Below are positions 1 through 10,177 of a stretch of 64,000 bases of DNA, piece by piece. Position numbers and translations under genes: made by a program. Origin of the DNA: a virus; IMG/VR virus record IMGVR_UViG_3300017698_000036, positions 74,657-138,656 of that record; one strand, written 5' to 3'. The notes below the pieces were generated by a model. The model saw only the letters and a list, made by a program, of their open reading frames with translations, did no database searches and had not been told where the DNA came from. Positions within the stretch are counted from its first letter, which is position 1. Each line of letters begins with the position of its first letter.

Positions 1-1
1 T

Positions 2-2041
2 CAAATTGATATAACTAAACAGACTAAACTGATGGTAACTGCCAGTACTGGACTTAGATCTCAGTACGGTGGTTTGGTAGAGGCCGCAAGACTGATAGGA
101 AAGACTAGGGGCGGTTTTAGAGCTATGGGTGCTGGTATAGCCAGTGTATTAAACCCTATGAGTCTTTTATTGAACCTATTCCAAATGCATGTTGATAGAA
201 TAAAGGAGTTGGACGTAGCCAGAACTTCATTCAACCTACAGACCGGTGCGGTTAATAGATATAAAGAGCAGCTGGAGGATGCGTATCGTTCCAACATAAG
301 GTACAATGTGAGTCTTCAAGAGATGAGCGGTTCATTTGCCTCTCTACATAAGGAGATGACAACGTTCTCTGGTATGTCTCAAAAAGCTCAAATGGATATT
401 GCCGGATTCACTGCCAAACTTAGAAAGAACTTAGGGGTGGATGCTGTTGGAGGGTTGGAGACTTTAAGTAGGGTCATGGGTCAGACGGGAGACCAGGCAA
501 AAGACACATTTACATCTATGATCGAGGAGGCAGACCAATTCAATCTTAATATTCAGGAGGTTGGAAACGGTTTAATATCCAATGCCAACAATATAGCACT
601 ATACGGTAAACGTGGTGTTAAGGTGTATATGGAATTGGCTAAGAGATCTAAGACATTGGGTATCGAGATGGGTAAACTTCATGCGATGTCAGAACAGTTC
701 TTAGACTTTGGTGCCGCTGCTCGAATGTCTGCAACCCTTGCTCAATATGCGGGTAAACAGGTACTATCTGCCAGTAAGTTGATTACAGCCGATGCCGAAG
801 AGCGTGTAGATATGATAACTGGAGCGGTTAGAAAGTTGGGTAATTTCGAGAAGATGACTGCCCAAGAGCGAATGGATATTGCCCGCTCCATGGGTGTATC
901 TACTGCAGATCTGGCCAAGATGATGAGGGGTGAAAAGACGGAGGCCCAAGAAAGACAGGAGACACAGAGAAATCTAAATACCATACTGAAACAGAGTATT
1001 ACCGTCGCGGATAATATGACAAACGCGTGGAAGAATATGGTTCAAGCGTTAGGTCCTTTGTTGGATATTATGAGATGGGTTGTGGGAGTGTTTGCCGACT
1101 TTATGGCACTAGGAGGAGGTCTTATGGGTAAGATTATTCTTATTGGTGGTGCACTTATATGGTTAGCCTCTAAGATACTGGCCCTTGTTCCACCCATTAA
1201 GATATTAGGGGCCACTGTATCATTATCGACGTTACCGTTCACTCTATTCCTGGCTGCGATACTAGCCATTGCAGTAGCGGCGATATACTTTAGAGAAGAG
1301 ATATTGGGGGCTTTCACGTATGTATTCGAAAGTCTAGGAGATATGTTCTCAGATGCATATGAGTGGATGAAAGATGCAGGTTACAATATGGTTAAGTTCT
1401 TAGCGGACGGTATATGGTCTGCAGTAACATTACCAGTAAGAGCGATAAAGAGTGTCGTGGGTAAGATAAGGGGTTTCCTACCCTTCTCTCCTGCTAAAGA
1501 AGGGCCCCTGAAGGATATTATGGATGTCGGTCCTAATATCGTACGATTTATAGGTAATGGGATTGATGCAAACCAGGATATGGTAACTGAACCAATGAAT
1601 AGATTGGCGGGTGATATAATGCATTCATCAATAACAAGTCCAACATCCATGGATGTCGGTCCTAATATCGTACGATTTATAGGTAATGGGATTGATGCAA
1701 ACCAGGATATGGTAACTGGACCAATGAATAGATTGGCTGGTGATATAATGCATTCATCAATAACAAGTCCAACATCCATTACTAAGGCCATGGAGTCGAC
1801 CACTTCTGATATTAAAAATAGGGAGGTTAATGACTTTAGAAAGGCTATTACCACATCTTCTAACGTGGACAATTCCAGTAGTTCATCCACCGCAGGAGAT
1901 ACCAACGTGGTTAATGGGGGAGCCCCCGGTCAACCTGTTATTATTCAACTTAAGATTGATAGCAAGGTAATTAAAGAGATCGCCTTGGACGAAATAATGA
2001 AACAGACTAAATTAAGTAACGTATTTAGTACGTATAACTAA
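2..2041 (+). CDS. Tail tape measure protein, C-terminal part (5' truncated by window edge)
   Basis: Frame is open from base 2 to the ATG at 32. Ala/Gly/Met-rich helical sequence with a hydrophobic stretch and a typical TMP tail (PFSPAKEGPL, QPVIIQLKIDSKVI). Directly precedes baseplate-like genes. Confidence 0.85.
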   Translation, partial: QIDITKQTKLMVTASTGLRSQYGGLVEAARLIGKTRGGFRAMGAGIASVLNPMSLLLNLFQMHVDRIKELDVARTSFNLQTGAVNRYKEQLEDAYRSNIRYNVSLQEMSGSFASLHKEMTTFSGMSQKAQMDIAGFTAKLRKNLGVDAVGGLETLSRVMGQTGDQAKDTFTSMIEEADQFNLNIQEVGNGLISNANNIALYGKRGVKVYMELAKRSKTLGIEMGKLHAMSEQFLDFGAAARMSATLAQYAGKQVLSASKLITADAEERVDMITGAVRKLGNFEKMTAQERMDIARSMGVSTADLAKMMRGEKTEAQERQETQRNLNTILKQSITVADNMTNAWKNMVQALGPLLDIMRWVVGVFADFMALGGGLMGKIILIGGALIWLASKILALVPPIKILGATVSLSTLPFTLFLAAILAIAVAAIYFREEILGAFTYVFESLGDMFSDAYEWMKDAGYNMVKFLADGIWSAVTLPVRAIKSVVGKIRGFLPFSPAKEGPLKDIMDVGPNIVRFIGNGIDANQDMVTEPMNRLAGDIMHSSITSPTSMDVGPNIVRFIGNGIDANQDMVTGPMNRLAGDIMHSSITSPTSITKAMESTTSDIKNREVNDFRKAITTSSNVDNSSSSSTAGDTNVVNGGAPGQPVIIQLKIDSKVIKEIALDEIMKQTKLSNVFSTYN
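1520..1777 (+). repeat. In-frame tandem duplication of 129 bp (43 aa) inside the tape measure gene
   Basis: Copies at 1520-1648 and 1649-1777 (MDVGPNIVRFIGNGIDANQDMVT[E/G]PMNRLAGDIMHSSITSPTS) differ at 2 nt (gaa/gga, gcg/gct). Confidence 0.95.
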
Positions 2042-2057
2042 TAGATAGGAGAAGGTC

Positions 2058-2675
2058 ATGCCCAATGATACAGTTATATTAGGAAAACGACAGGAAGTGT
2101 GGATCAGGTCCATACCTTCAAAGGCCGAAGTCACACTTCTATCTTTCTTAGACTCCTTCAATGACACCTATCAGGCTCATTGGGACAGAGAAGCGGTATA
2201 CGGTCGACAGGATCCTATTTCGACATTTAAAAATACTGATAGGATTATAACGTTTTCTTTAACCATTCCATCCAGTTCGGTTGATGAGGCCGTAGAGAAC
2301 GCTCAAAAGATATGGCTTTTACAAAGAATGCTGTATCCTAGATACAAAACATTAGACACTACAGGAGACAGAGTTATATCCACACCTCCTCTTATAGGGG
2401 TGTTTTTCTATCCACTTATAACCGAATACAGTCAGGAAAAAGGAGCTCATGACTATCTGTATGGTACTGTTGATACTGTATCTATGGATCCTAACTTAGC
2501 CGAGGGTTGGCTATTTACGGACAAGCGTACGCCGTTTCCTAAGTCATACAGTTTTAGTATGACATTAAATGTTATACATCAAAATCCCGTTGGTTGGAGT
2601 GAAAACGGTGGAAGAGACTTAGTAACAAAGAAATTAGGTAATAAATACAGTATTCAGAAACACTTTAAAGGGTAA
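2058..2675 (+). CDS. Putative tail tube initiator / baseplate protein
   Basis: Immediately after TMP; W-x4-VYGRQDPI-x-FKNT-x-R-x-I-x-FSL pattern resembles contractile-tail tube-initiator proteins; RBS GGAGAAGG upstream. Confidence 0.45.
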   Translation: MPNDTVILGKRQEVWIRSIPSKAEVTLLSFLDSFNDTYQAHWDREAVYGRQDPISTFKNTDRIITFSLTIPSSSVDEAVENAQKIWLLQRMLYPRYKTLDTTGDRVISTPPLIGVFFYPLITEYSQEKGAHDYLYGTVDTVSMDPNLAEGWLFTDKRTPFPKSYSFSMTLNVIHQNPVGWSENGGRDLVTKKLGNKYSIQKHFKG

Positions 2676-2680
2676 TTGAT

Positions 2681-3016
2681 ATGGGTAGATTTGGTAACAC
2701 GGAAACGTTCAATAATAGTAATGATTTGTATAGAGATAAGTTTAAAGACAAACAACTTAAGTACATAGAACAATATAAAACTACCACCTTTAATCAAATC
2801 ACCGAAGAGATGTTAGAGGACGTACGTTTTTTTAACTATGCCTGGTCTGTGGGGGATACATGGCAGTATGTCGCTGATCAGTTTTATGACTCTCCAAAAG
2901 AGTGGAAAGTACTAGCATTGTTCAATAAGTTACCAACTGAACTTCACATTTCTGTTGGTGATATTATCAGACTTCCATACTCACTTGACGAACTTAAAAG
3001 CGCTATACTAGGATAA
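2681..3016 (+). CDS. LysM-like baseplate wedge protein (gp53/gpX-like)
   Basis: WSVGDTWQYVADQFYDSPKEWKVLALFN...ISVGDIIRLP is a LysM-type pattern; position between TMP and hub. Confidence 0.6.
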   Translation: MGRFGNTETFNNSNDLYRDKFKDKQLKYIEQYKTTTFNQITEEMLEDVRFFNYAWSVGDTWQYVADQFYDSPKEWKVLALFNKLPTELHISVGDIIRLPYSLDELKSAILG

Positions 3017-3021
3017 CCATT

Positions 3022-5508
3022 ATGGTAGATAAAAATAAACAAAAACCAGCTAAACCTGTCAGTTGGATGTCTGATGATGATGTAAAGGAACGACTAAGTC
3101 AACAGTGCGTTCTTATGTTGTATTCTGACATACTTAAGGGTTATAGTGATCCTAAGGGTTTTTATGAACGTCGAGGTCCATATGTGGTGAATGATAAGTT
3201 CCCCGTATACAACTTTAAGAATAAAAATGTTGAATATAGTAAGATAGAGGGATTCTCTACCTTAAAAAGAAATGTTGCTAAGTTACCCAACAACCACTCC
3301 ATCAATCTGGACTATGTATATGATCAGTCTTCCGATGTAGACCCTAAACTCATCATACAGAAGTATTACAGTTCAGAAAATAAGTCATATGATAGTGAAA
3401 TAGTCGAGTTTCTAGAATCACTATCTACTATTCAGTTATCTACCCTCATGGCCAACATTAGAGTGGATAAATTTGTGAAGGGATCAAATAGTGCAGAGAT
3501 ACCAGATGGCGTATATACGTTAGACCTTCATGGGGACAACAAGAGTACTCTTAAGGACTTTTTTGATGGTAAGAGGGAGAGTATAGGTGGGTATGGTATA
3601 AAAAGTCTAGGTATTAAGCAGGAGACATCTAGGAAGACCAACTATTCAAGTGCTAGATATCATTTGGAATTAAAGATGGTGTTTAATTCTATGAAGGACC
3701 TACTCTATGAATACACACACAAGAATGGTTCGACCTATACCGCCACTGATGTACTTATAGGATTCTCTAATTCGGTATTAAATGAACAACAGGGCCCTCT
3801 AACGTATACCACTAGATTTCATGTTGGATACGATTCGAGCTCTTTGGATCCTGAGATATTCCCTAGAACTGTTAATGGTAAAGACGTCGATTGGAAAAGA
3901 ATATTGCAAGAGATAAGCTTAGAGCTCTTTGCTACAGCCTATCAGTGGGATATCAACATTACAGAAGAGGGTAAGATAGAGGTAGTCATCAACTATGTTG
4001 GCTATACATCTATGCAGGAGACCTCTAGAGCCACGAATATACTATTTCTGGATGATGAACTCCTGGCTTTGAATCATATCAATGAGTCGAAGAAGACAGC
4101 CAAAGAGGATAAGAAGATATCCCAGTCGGAGAGTAAGAAGCGTCAAGAATGGGCAAACGAAGACTATAAGAATTTCCTGAAGTCTGGATATACTAGATTT
4201 GTAAAGGACCTGTTTGACAGTGGTAAGATAAACTTTGCCTATGTTGATTCTACAGATGTTGAAAACATAGAACGTGGTATTGATTATATAGAACAGAATG
4301 GAGATATAACATCTAGTGAATTCGCCAACATTAGAGTACCCGACACGGTTAGGGATAGTCTTAGACGTAACAAAATAATAGTGTCGGAATATGACGGTAG
4401 ATATAATATTACATCTGACCAATCTATCAATGCCTCCAATCAACTGTCTGGAAAGGGTCACGAAGGTAATAAGGTGTCACAGAGTAAGAGAAAACTGAGT
4501 TTAAGTGATCTGACTGTGGTAAATGGTACCGGTAAACGTGGAAAGGTGTTATTGGATAGAGATGATTTCCTGCAGATTAACGAATCGGGCAGTGGGGAGA
4601 TTGTGTCGATACCCTATTTTTATTTCAAAGATCTGGTTGCAACCGCTATGGTTATATACTATGAAAATATGAAAACCCACTTTCAGAAAGTTGCTAAAGT
4701 CAATTTAACTATGGACTTTGGTGAGATAGACATCTATGATCCAGTGTTCCCCGATAAAACGTTTAGGATGAGTATAGGTGATATACCGATATCGTACGAT
4801 CTATTTACTGTATGGTTTAATCACTATGTAGTTAAACCCAAAAAGATACAGTACTCCCTGAAAGAGTTTATCCGTGATTGTATAAGATATCTTATATTAC
4901 CATCCATAAAGGCAGATCAGTGTTTCTATAAGGGTAACAATCCATGGAAAAAGGGTGGTAATGCCGATACCGATATCGATCTATATATGAATTCAGATGT
5001 TAGTAAGGATTTCAAAAATGTATGGAATCAGTTTTATATATTCTCGTATGCCAAAAAAGATAGAAAGTTCAAGAGTAAAGAACAGGATGGTAGGGATGGT
5101 ATAATCTGGTTGGCCCCCGGTAGAGATAAGGGGATCGTGAAGAGTATTAATTTCGGTAAGAATACATCCAGTATGCTTAAATCTCATCTCATGGTCAGAG
5201 CTTTAGAGAAAACTACGGATGCAGACAAAAAGTCTAAGGTGACACAGTTACGAGAGGTTTATGATGTAACTGTACGTACTATAGGAAACTCATTCATCCA
5301 GACTGGTTCAACCGTGTGCGTTCAGCCGTCACTCCTAGATTTGGGTAATATATTAGACGGCGAGAATGAATCGTGGAAGATATTGGGTATGGGTGGATAC
5401 TATTCTATCGTATCGGCCGAACTGAATTTCGAAGACGGCAAGTATGATGGTGTATATAAAGGCGTTTGGCAAGGAACCCCCTTGTCTAGAAAGAAGAACG
5501 ATAAATAG
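3022..5508 (+). CDS. Large virion protein, probable baseplate hub-like
   Basis: 828 aa; C-terminal YDVTVRTIGNSFIQTGSTVCV...GGYYSIVSAEL resembles hub (gp27/gp44/VgrG-like) ends; synteny with TMP and LysM gene. Confidence 0.45.
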   Translation: MVDKNKQKPAKPVSWMSDDDVKERLSQQCVLMLYSDILKGYSDPKGFYERRGPYVVNDKFPVYNFKNKNVEYSKIEGFSTLKRNVAKLPNNHSINLDYVYDQSSDVDPKLIIQKYYSSENKSYDSEIVEFLESLSTIQLSTLMANIRVDKFVKGSNSAEIPDGVYTLDLHGDNKSTLKDFFDGKRESIGGYGIKSLGIKQETSRKTNYSSARYHLELKMVFNSMKDLLYEYTHKNGSTYTATDVLIGFSNSVLNEQQGPLTYTTRFHVGYDSSSLDPEIFPRTVNGKDVDWKRILQEISLELFATAYQWDINITEEGKIEVVINYVGYTSMQETSRATNILFLDDELLALNHINESKKTAKEDKKISQSESKKRQEWANEDYKNFLKSGYTRFVKDLFDSGKINFAYVDSTDVENIERGIDYIEQNGDITSSEFANIRVPDTVRDSLRRNKIIVSEYDGRYNITSDQSINASNQLSGKGHEGNKVSQSKRKLSLSDLTVVNGTGKRGKVLLDRDDFLQINESGSGEIVSIPYFYFKDLVATAMVIYYENMKTHFQKVAKVNLTMDFGEIDIYDPVFPDKTFRMSIGDIPISYDLFTVWFNHYVVKPKKIQYSLKEFIRDCIRYLILPSIKADQCFYKGNNPWKKGGNADTDIDLYMNSDVSKDFKNVWNQFYIFSYAKKDRKFKSKEQDGRDGIIWLAPGRDKGIVKSINFGKNTSSMLKSHLMVRALEKTTDADKKSKVTQLREVYDVTVRTIGNSFIQTGSTVCVQPSLLDLGNILDGENESWKILGMGGYYSIVSAELNFEDGKYDGVYKGVWQGTPLSRKKNDK

Positions 5509-5519
5509 GGGGATATAAT

Positions 5520-6815
5520 ATGGATTTTGTTAAGCTTAATAATCTACATCCTAGAAAAATGTTTGAGTATAGAAAAAATTATGATACATACATAAAGCAG
5601 TATATAGAGTGGATTACATTTAATAGACCAGATCTGGATCACAACTTTATTGATGTTTGGTATAACAAGTATCTGTACGGTAAAGTAGATAACAATTTCA
5701 TACCTGTATATCCAAAAGAGAGGTATATAAGGGTTGTAGAGTCAGAAAACAAAGAGGATATGTACCTTTTACAGTTTGTATATGATGCATATAGTGACTT
5801 TAAAGACTACTTCTTTACATCGTGCAATAAACAGGGCATAGTGGTTGGTGACTTTATAGATGGTGAAATTCACCGCGGTTATGAGAGTGCCTTTGAGTCG
5901 TATACTGAGCATGTACAGGGTATCGTAAATTCTTATTGGGATGTTTTTTATTTTAACAAGAAAGAGAACAACGTCGCCAATTTTACTGAGTTTGCAAAAG
6001 AGTTTATAGACTATTTAACCAACCAGACGGTCGACGTCTTTACATTCAGTGGTTACGTAGAGTCGGGATACAATTCCATATACAGTACCGCCCTAGCCTT
6101 GGATATGGTGGATGGTGAGTATTTCAATGACGAGGACAAAATAACAACCTATTTCGACTCAGACATATATACTGTCTTCGTCGAAGCCGCACGTCGTTTT
6201 GGTTTTTTGGTAGATCGTAATATTCCATGGAGGATAGTGGCTGACCTGAATAGTAAGGCTATGCAGTATTACATTCATCGTATGTTAGACTTGGATTTTA
6301 TTGAGAATGTTAGAGATGAGACTGGTGATTTTGAAAACTTTACAGAATATATGGTTGACTTTATCGACGAATACACTACATTAGATGAGTACATGTTGGA
6401 CAAGAATCGTATCCCTTTAACCGCCATCTTCGACATCTTCTTCGAGAAGACATATAATGTATCGTTAGAGGGTGAGGATGACATGTTGAGATCCTTGGTC
6501 ATATCCATGTATAACGACTTGGTTGAGGTAGAAAAGAGAAGAATGACCGCCACAATCGACCAGTACACCGGCATGATCCGAGTTAGTACCATATGTAGGA
6601 CGGTTAAGGATATCCTGTCTCACTATAATGAACCAAATTGGCTGAAGGAATACACCAAGATAAGATTGGTTGAGTCTGGTTTTTCTAAAAATGATAGTAA
6701 TTTCAAGATACTGTTAAGAAAAACTAGTATGATGAAAAAAATACTTGACAATGAGAAGAATTTAAACTATATTTCTAATAGACTTGCTTTTTACAGATAC
6801 AAGTTGAAAAATTAA
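5520..6815 (+). CDS. Hypothetical protein (431 aa), possibly virion-associated
   Basis: Long ORF with GGGGG-type RBS, tightly following the hub-like gene; no motif assignable. Confidence 0.6.
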   Translation: MDFVKLNNLHPRKMFEYRKNYDTYIKQYIEWITFNRPDLDHNFIDVWYNKYLYGKVDNNFIPVYPKERYIRVVESENKEDMYLLQFVYDAYSDFKDYFFTSCNKQGIVVGDFIDGEIHRGYESAFESYTEHVQGIVNSYWDVFYFNKKENNVANFTEFAKEFIDYLTNQTVDVFTFSGYVESGYNSIYSTALALDMVDGEYFNDEDKITTYFDSDIYTVFVEAARRFGFLVDRNIPWRIVADLNSKAMQYYIHRMLDLDFIENVRDETGDFENFTEYMVDFIDEYTTLDEYMLDKNRIPLTAIFDIFFEKTYNVSLEGEDDMLRSLVISMYNDLVEVEKRRMTATIDQYTGMIRVSTICRTVKDILSHYNEPNWLKEYTKIRLVESGFSKNDSNFKILLRKTSMMKKILDNEKNLNYISNRLAFYRYKLKN

Positions 6816-6858
6816 TCAAAACTAATAAAACTCTAAACAATTTCAAAACGGTGTTGAG

Positions 6859-8157
6859 TTGACTAACAAAAGTGAATATTTCCAGTTAATAAAATTGAGT
6901 GATTTTGGTGACAATGATTACCGCTCTATAGGTGTATTTGATCCAGATACATTCACCATAAACTATGATATGAGCTTAGATAACTGTAAGTCTAAAACCT
7001 ACGATTACGATGAACTCCTGTCAGCTAAAACAATAGACTATGGTGGGTTATACTGTGGTGGTAAGACGATTCTTGATATGTTTAAGGAAAATCCAGAGTT
7101 AAATAACTTATTTTATGATCAATATATAAGCACATTGGATGAAATTAAAAAATATCTTAAGATATACAGTAAGGTGCGTGATAAGAGGGAGTTGGTGGTA
7201 AACAATATTATACCCAACAAACTACTAGTATTGTATTATAATATAAAAAATAGTATAACCAGATATATATTTGAAAACTACAATAAACCTCAGAATTATG
7301 ATCTACTACAACAGTCCAACATCTTATTAGGTGATATTAGAAATAGGGAATTGAAGTTAGATCAGGTTCGAACTGTGAGACATAAAATTAAAGGTCAGAA
7401 TTTACATAAGTTGAACAGTATTGGTGAATATGGGGATAGTACCAACTTACACTATAACCTATTTGGTACTGTAACCGGTAGATTGAAGACGGCTCCGAAG
7501 ACCTTTCCTATAATGGGTTTAAATAAGGAGTATCGCGATATAGTTGTTCCGTCAAATGATATGTTCGTAGAGTTGGACTACAAGGGAGCCGATGTACAGA
7601 CGTTTCTTTACCTGTTCGATTCAGAGCATAGTGACGTGTATGAAAAGTATGAAGATATATACGATTTTTTCAGAGATAAGTTCTTTGGAGATGCAAAAAA
7701 TCGCGATGAGGTAAAACAGAAAACCTTTGAGTTATTATATGATAAGAGAGACAACTATTTTCTAACACACCTGCCCATAAATAAAATACTGCGGGGCATG
7801 AGTGTGTTAGAAAATGATACCGAAGTGATTTTGAGAAATCCCTACGGTCATGAAATGGAGTTGTCTAAAGAGGGGGATTTTGTTAAGCACAAGAAGATTA
7901 GCTATATGATTCAGTCTACAACAAACTGTAATATGCTACAGTCGGCAATTAACATAAATGACTATCTAAAGTCTAACTGTGTGAAGTCGAAAGTGGCTTT
8001 TATGATTCACGACAGTGTTATTGTGGATTGGGACGAGGGAGAGTTCGTTAATCATTTTGATGTAGTGCAGAGTATATTTGAAAGTACTAAATTGGGTAAG
8101 TATAATTTTAATGTTTCCATGGGTAAGAATTTTAAAGACATGGAGAAGGTGGAATAG
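6859..8157 (+). CDS. Family A DNA polymerase-like protein, polymerase domain only, divergent
   Basis: GTVTGRL; motif A ELDYKGAD; motif B R-x2-VKQKTFELLY; IQST; motif C MIHDSVIVD. No recognisable exonuclease domains; TTG start. Confidence 0.7.
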   Translation: MTNKSEYFQLIKLSDFGDNDYRSIGVFDPDTFTINYDMSLDNCKSKTYDYDELLSAKTIDYGGLYCGGKTILDMFKENPELNNLFYDQYISTLDEIKKYLKIYSKVRDKRELVVNNIIPNKLLVLYYNIKNSITRYIFENYNKPQNYDLLQQSNILLGDIRNRELKLDQVRTVRHKIKGQNLHKLNSIGEYGDSTNLHYNLFGTVTGRLKTAPKTFPIMGLNKEYRDIVVPSNDMFVELDYKGADVQTFLYLFDSEHSDVYEKYEDIYDFFRDKFFGDAKNRDEVKQKTFELLYDKRDNYFLTHLPINKILRGMSVLENDTEVILRNPYGHEMELSKEGDFVKHKKISYMIQSTTNCNMLQSAININDYLKSNCVKSKVAFMIHDSVIVDWDEGEFVNHFDVVQSIFESTKLGKYNFNVSMGKNFKDMEKVE

Positions 8158-8158
8158 T

Positions 8159-8458
8159 ATGTTGTATGTTATTTTATTTGTTTTAGGTTTTATCATGGGG
8201 TACGGTGTTCGTTCTTTCTATGGAAAACAGACAGAGAAGGGCCCGTCTCACAAATGGGAATGTAAGGGCGCAATTAATATGTGTATACGGACATATAGTG
8301 GTGACACCCCCTTAGGAGAGTTTCGTTACCCCCTATATAGGGTCTGTAAGGTTTGTGGTCAGGTAGATAAAAACTGGAGAAATAGTGAGAATGACAAACA
8401 TGAGACTTGGATATGCTCCGAGGTCGGTGATGGTAAGTGTGACAAGGATAAGGTGTAG
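8159..8458 (+). CDS. Small membrane-anchored Cys-containing protein
   Basis: ATG 8159 gives MLYVILFVLGFIMGYGV hydrophobic N-terminus; CKVC later. Confidence 0.5.
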   Translation: MLYVILFVLGFIMGYGVRSFYGKQTEKGPSHKWECKGAINMCIRTYSGDTPLGEFRYPLYRVCKVCGQVDKNWRNSENDKHETWICSEVGDGKCDKDKV

Positions 8459-8460
8459 AT

Positions 8461-9045
8461 ATGCAGGTACACTCTGTTCAAAGTTCAGTTGTAGAGGACT
8501 TGGAGATCAACGTACGACTGTATATACTCTACCTGATAACTCACTCGAATCGATTCATAATAGATCACCAGAAAGGTCATGTGGCTCCTTTTTTTAACCT
8601 TGTATATGATAATGTCAATAAGAGAAGTGTTAGAGAGAGTGTGTCAAAAAATATGATATTAAAGCTTGACGAAGCCCATGACTTTAATACTGGATATAAT
8701 GATATTGTTAATGATATTATGAAAAACTATCGTGAATATGAAAATGACTCTTATACCAGTCTTGATTATGAGTCCAAAATGGCCGGTATTTTTCATAAGT
8801 GTGGCACGTGTAAACATTGCCGACCTCATGATATCGTGCCAATGGCGGTGGAGTGTATGTTAAGACGTCAGTTTGATGGATCCATCGGCCAGCCACCACC
8901 AGATGTGTTTTTGTACGAGGCCTTTGGTGCACGGGGAACTTTAAGACCCCCCTACTGTGACTACGAGTTTTCAGACGATAGTGTTTTCAATAATATGTAT
9001 AAGATGTACAATGAAGACATAAAACCCAAGTTTCAATTGTTTTAA
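8461..9045 (+). CDS. Hypothetical protein ending in FQLF-stop
   Basis: 194 aa with CGTCKHC cluster; last codons caa ttg ttt taa. Confidence 0.65.
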   Translation: MQVHSVQSSVVEDLEINVRLYILYLITHSNRFIIDHQKGHVAPFFNLVYDNVNKRSVRESVSKNMILKLDEAHDFNTGYNDIVNDIMKNYREYENDSYTSLDYESKMAGIFHKCGTCKHCRPHDIVPMAVECMLRRQFDGSIGQPPPDVFLYEAFGARGTLRPPYCDYEFSDDSVFNNMYKMYNEDIKPKFQLF

Positions 9046-9059
9046 GGATGAGGTGTGAT

Positions 9060-9932
9060 ATGAATACCGTTATTAGTGTAGGTGAGACCAAACCATTTAC
9101 AGACTATCTCAATAGTAGCCACAATGGTTTGTACGATTTAATTCATATAGGGACCGAGGACTGTTTGTCGTATGGTTTTATAGATGTAGGTGGTATTGAG
9201 AAAAGTCATGAACGTTATGAGTCAGATTTTTTATCTACAGCAGGTGATTATTTGGATAAACTGTCTGGAGATAAGCTCACGTGTGTTGTAACATCTGAAA
9301 AACTGGCCGGTCTAGTTATGGTACTGTTGGACACTTTGAGGTCTAAGTTCAAAAATGTAACTGTGTATTTGGTCTTAAAGGAATCTCGTACGACAGATTA
9401 CGAGGAGATATTGATAGAAAGACTCAATAAGGGAGTCTTATCTAATGTCACAAAGGGAAAAAGACAGTTGGTCGATGAGTTGATGGTTATGTCCCTTGAT
9501 AGAATGATAGGTGGATCATACTCATTCAGTAAACAGATAGAACATTGTGCCAAAGACTTTCACACTATTAATGTATTCAGTCATCATAAACCAGAATACG
9601 TTAAGTCCAATATGATGAATTTAGATATGAAGTTGATTAAAAGGGCCAATGAATTGTCTAAGGTCTCGACAATATATGAGAATTCGTGTATAGGAGAAAA
9701 AAAGTTAGAAAATGCATTTTTTTCTCTTGACATGCCAACCAAGATTTGCTATTATAGTAGTATAGGGTGTGAATCGGAATTAATCGATGAGGTTAATGAG
9801 ATTGATAAACTGATGGACACTCTAGACAGTGATACATATTATGTTTTTGAGATATATAATCTTGGAAATAATACAAATATCTCTGTTATTTCTACTGATC
9901 AAGTTCTAGGAGATGATCCTAAGAAAGGTTAA
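9060..9932 (+). CDS. Hypothetical protein, possibly a highly degenerate tubulin/FtsZ-like protein
   Basis: GAGGTG RBS before ATG 9060. Size, N-terminal TVISVG strand and position next to PolA recall divergent phage tubulin-like proteins, but the GGGTG(S/T)G signature is absent. Confidence 0.3.
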   Translation: MNTVISVGETKPFTDYLNSSHNGLYDLIHIGTEDCLSYGFIDVGGIEKSHERYESDFLSTAGDYLDKLSGDKLTCVVTSEKLAGLVMVLLDTLRSKFKNVTVYLVLKESRTTDYEEILIERLNKGVLSNVTKGKRQLVDELMVMSLDRMIGGSYSFSKQIEHCAKDFHTINVFSHHKPEYVKSNMMNLDMKLIKRANELSKVSTIYENSCIGEKKLENAFFSLDMPTKICYYSSIGCESELIDEVNEIDKLMDTLDSDTYYVFEIYNLGNNTNISVISTDQVLGDDPKKG

Positions 9933-9937
9933 CTACA

Positions 9938-10177
9938 ATGTCTAAATTCAATCATAAATCCGTAACCGATAGAGACTTCGAACCCAGAAAAGGTGAAGAG
10001 TTTGACCCTATGAATGCGATCGATCTTGCGATGGAATCTTATGACGACCAGAGAGAGAGTGAAAACGCCTGTAGTGCCAAGAATCTCAACAGACATGCGA
10101 AAAAACTTCGTAACGTATTCACTGATGAGTATGGTATGATTTGTGATCCAACAGACGGAAAGTGGGTAGAATGTTAG
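9938..10177 (+). CDS. Small hypothetical protein
   Basis: 79 aa ORF; AAGG upstream; overlaps start of next gene. Confidence 0.55.
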   Translation: MSKFNHKSVTDRDFEPRKGEEFDPMNAIDLAMESYDDQRESENACSAKNLNRHAKKLRNVFTDEYGMICDPTDGKWVEC

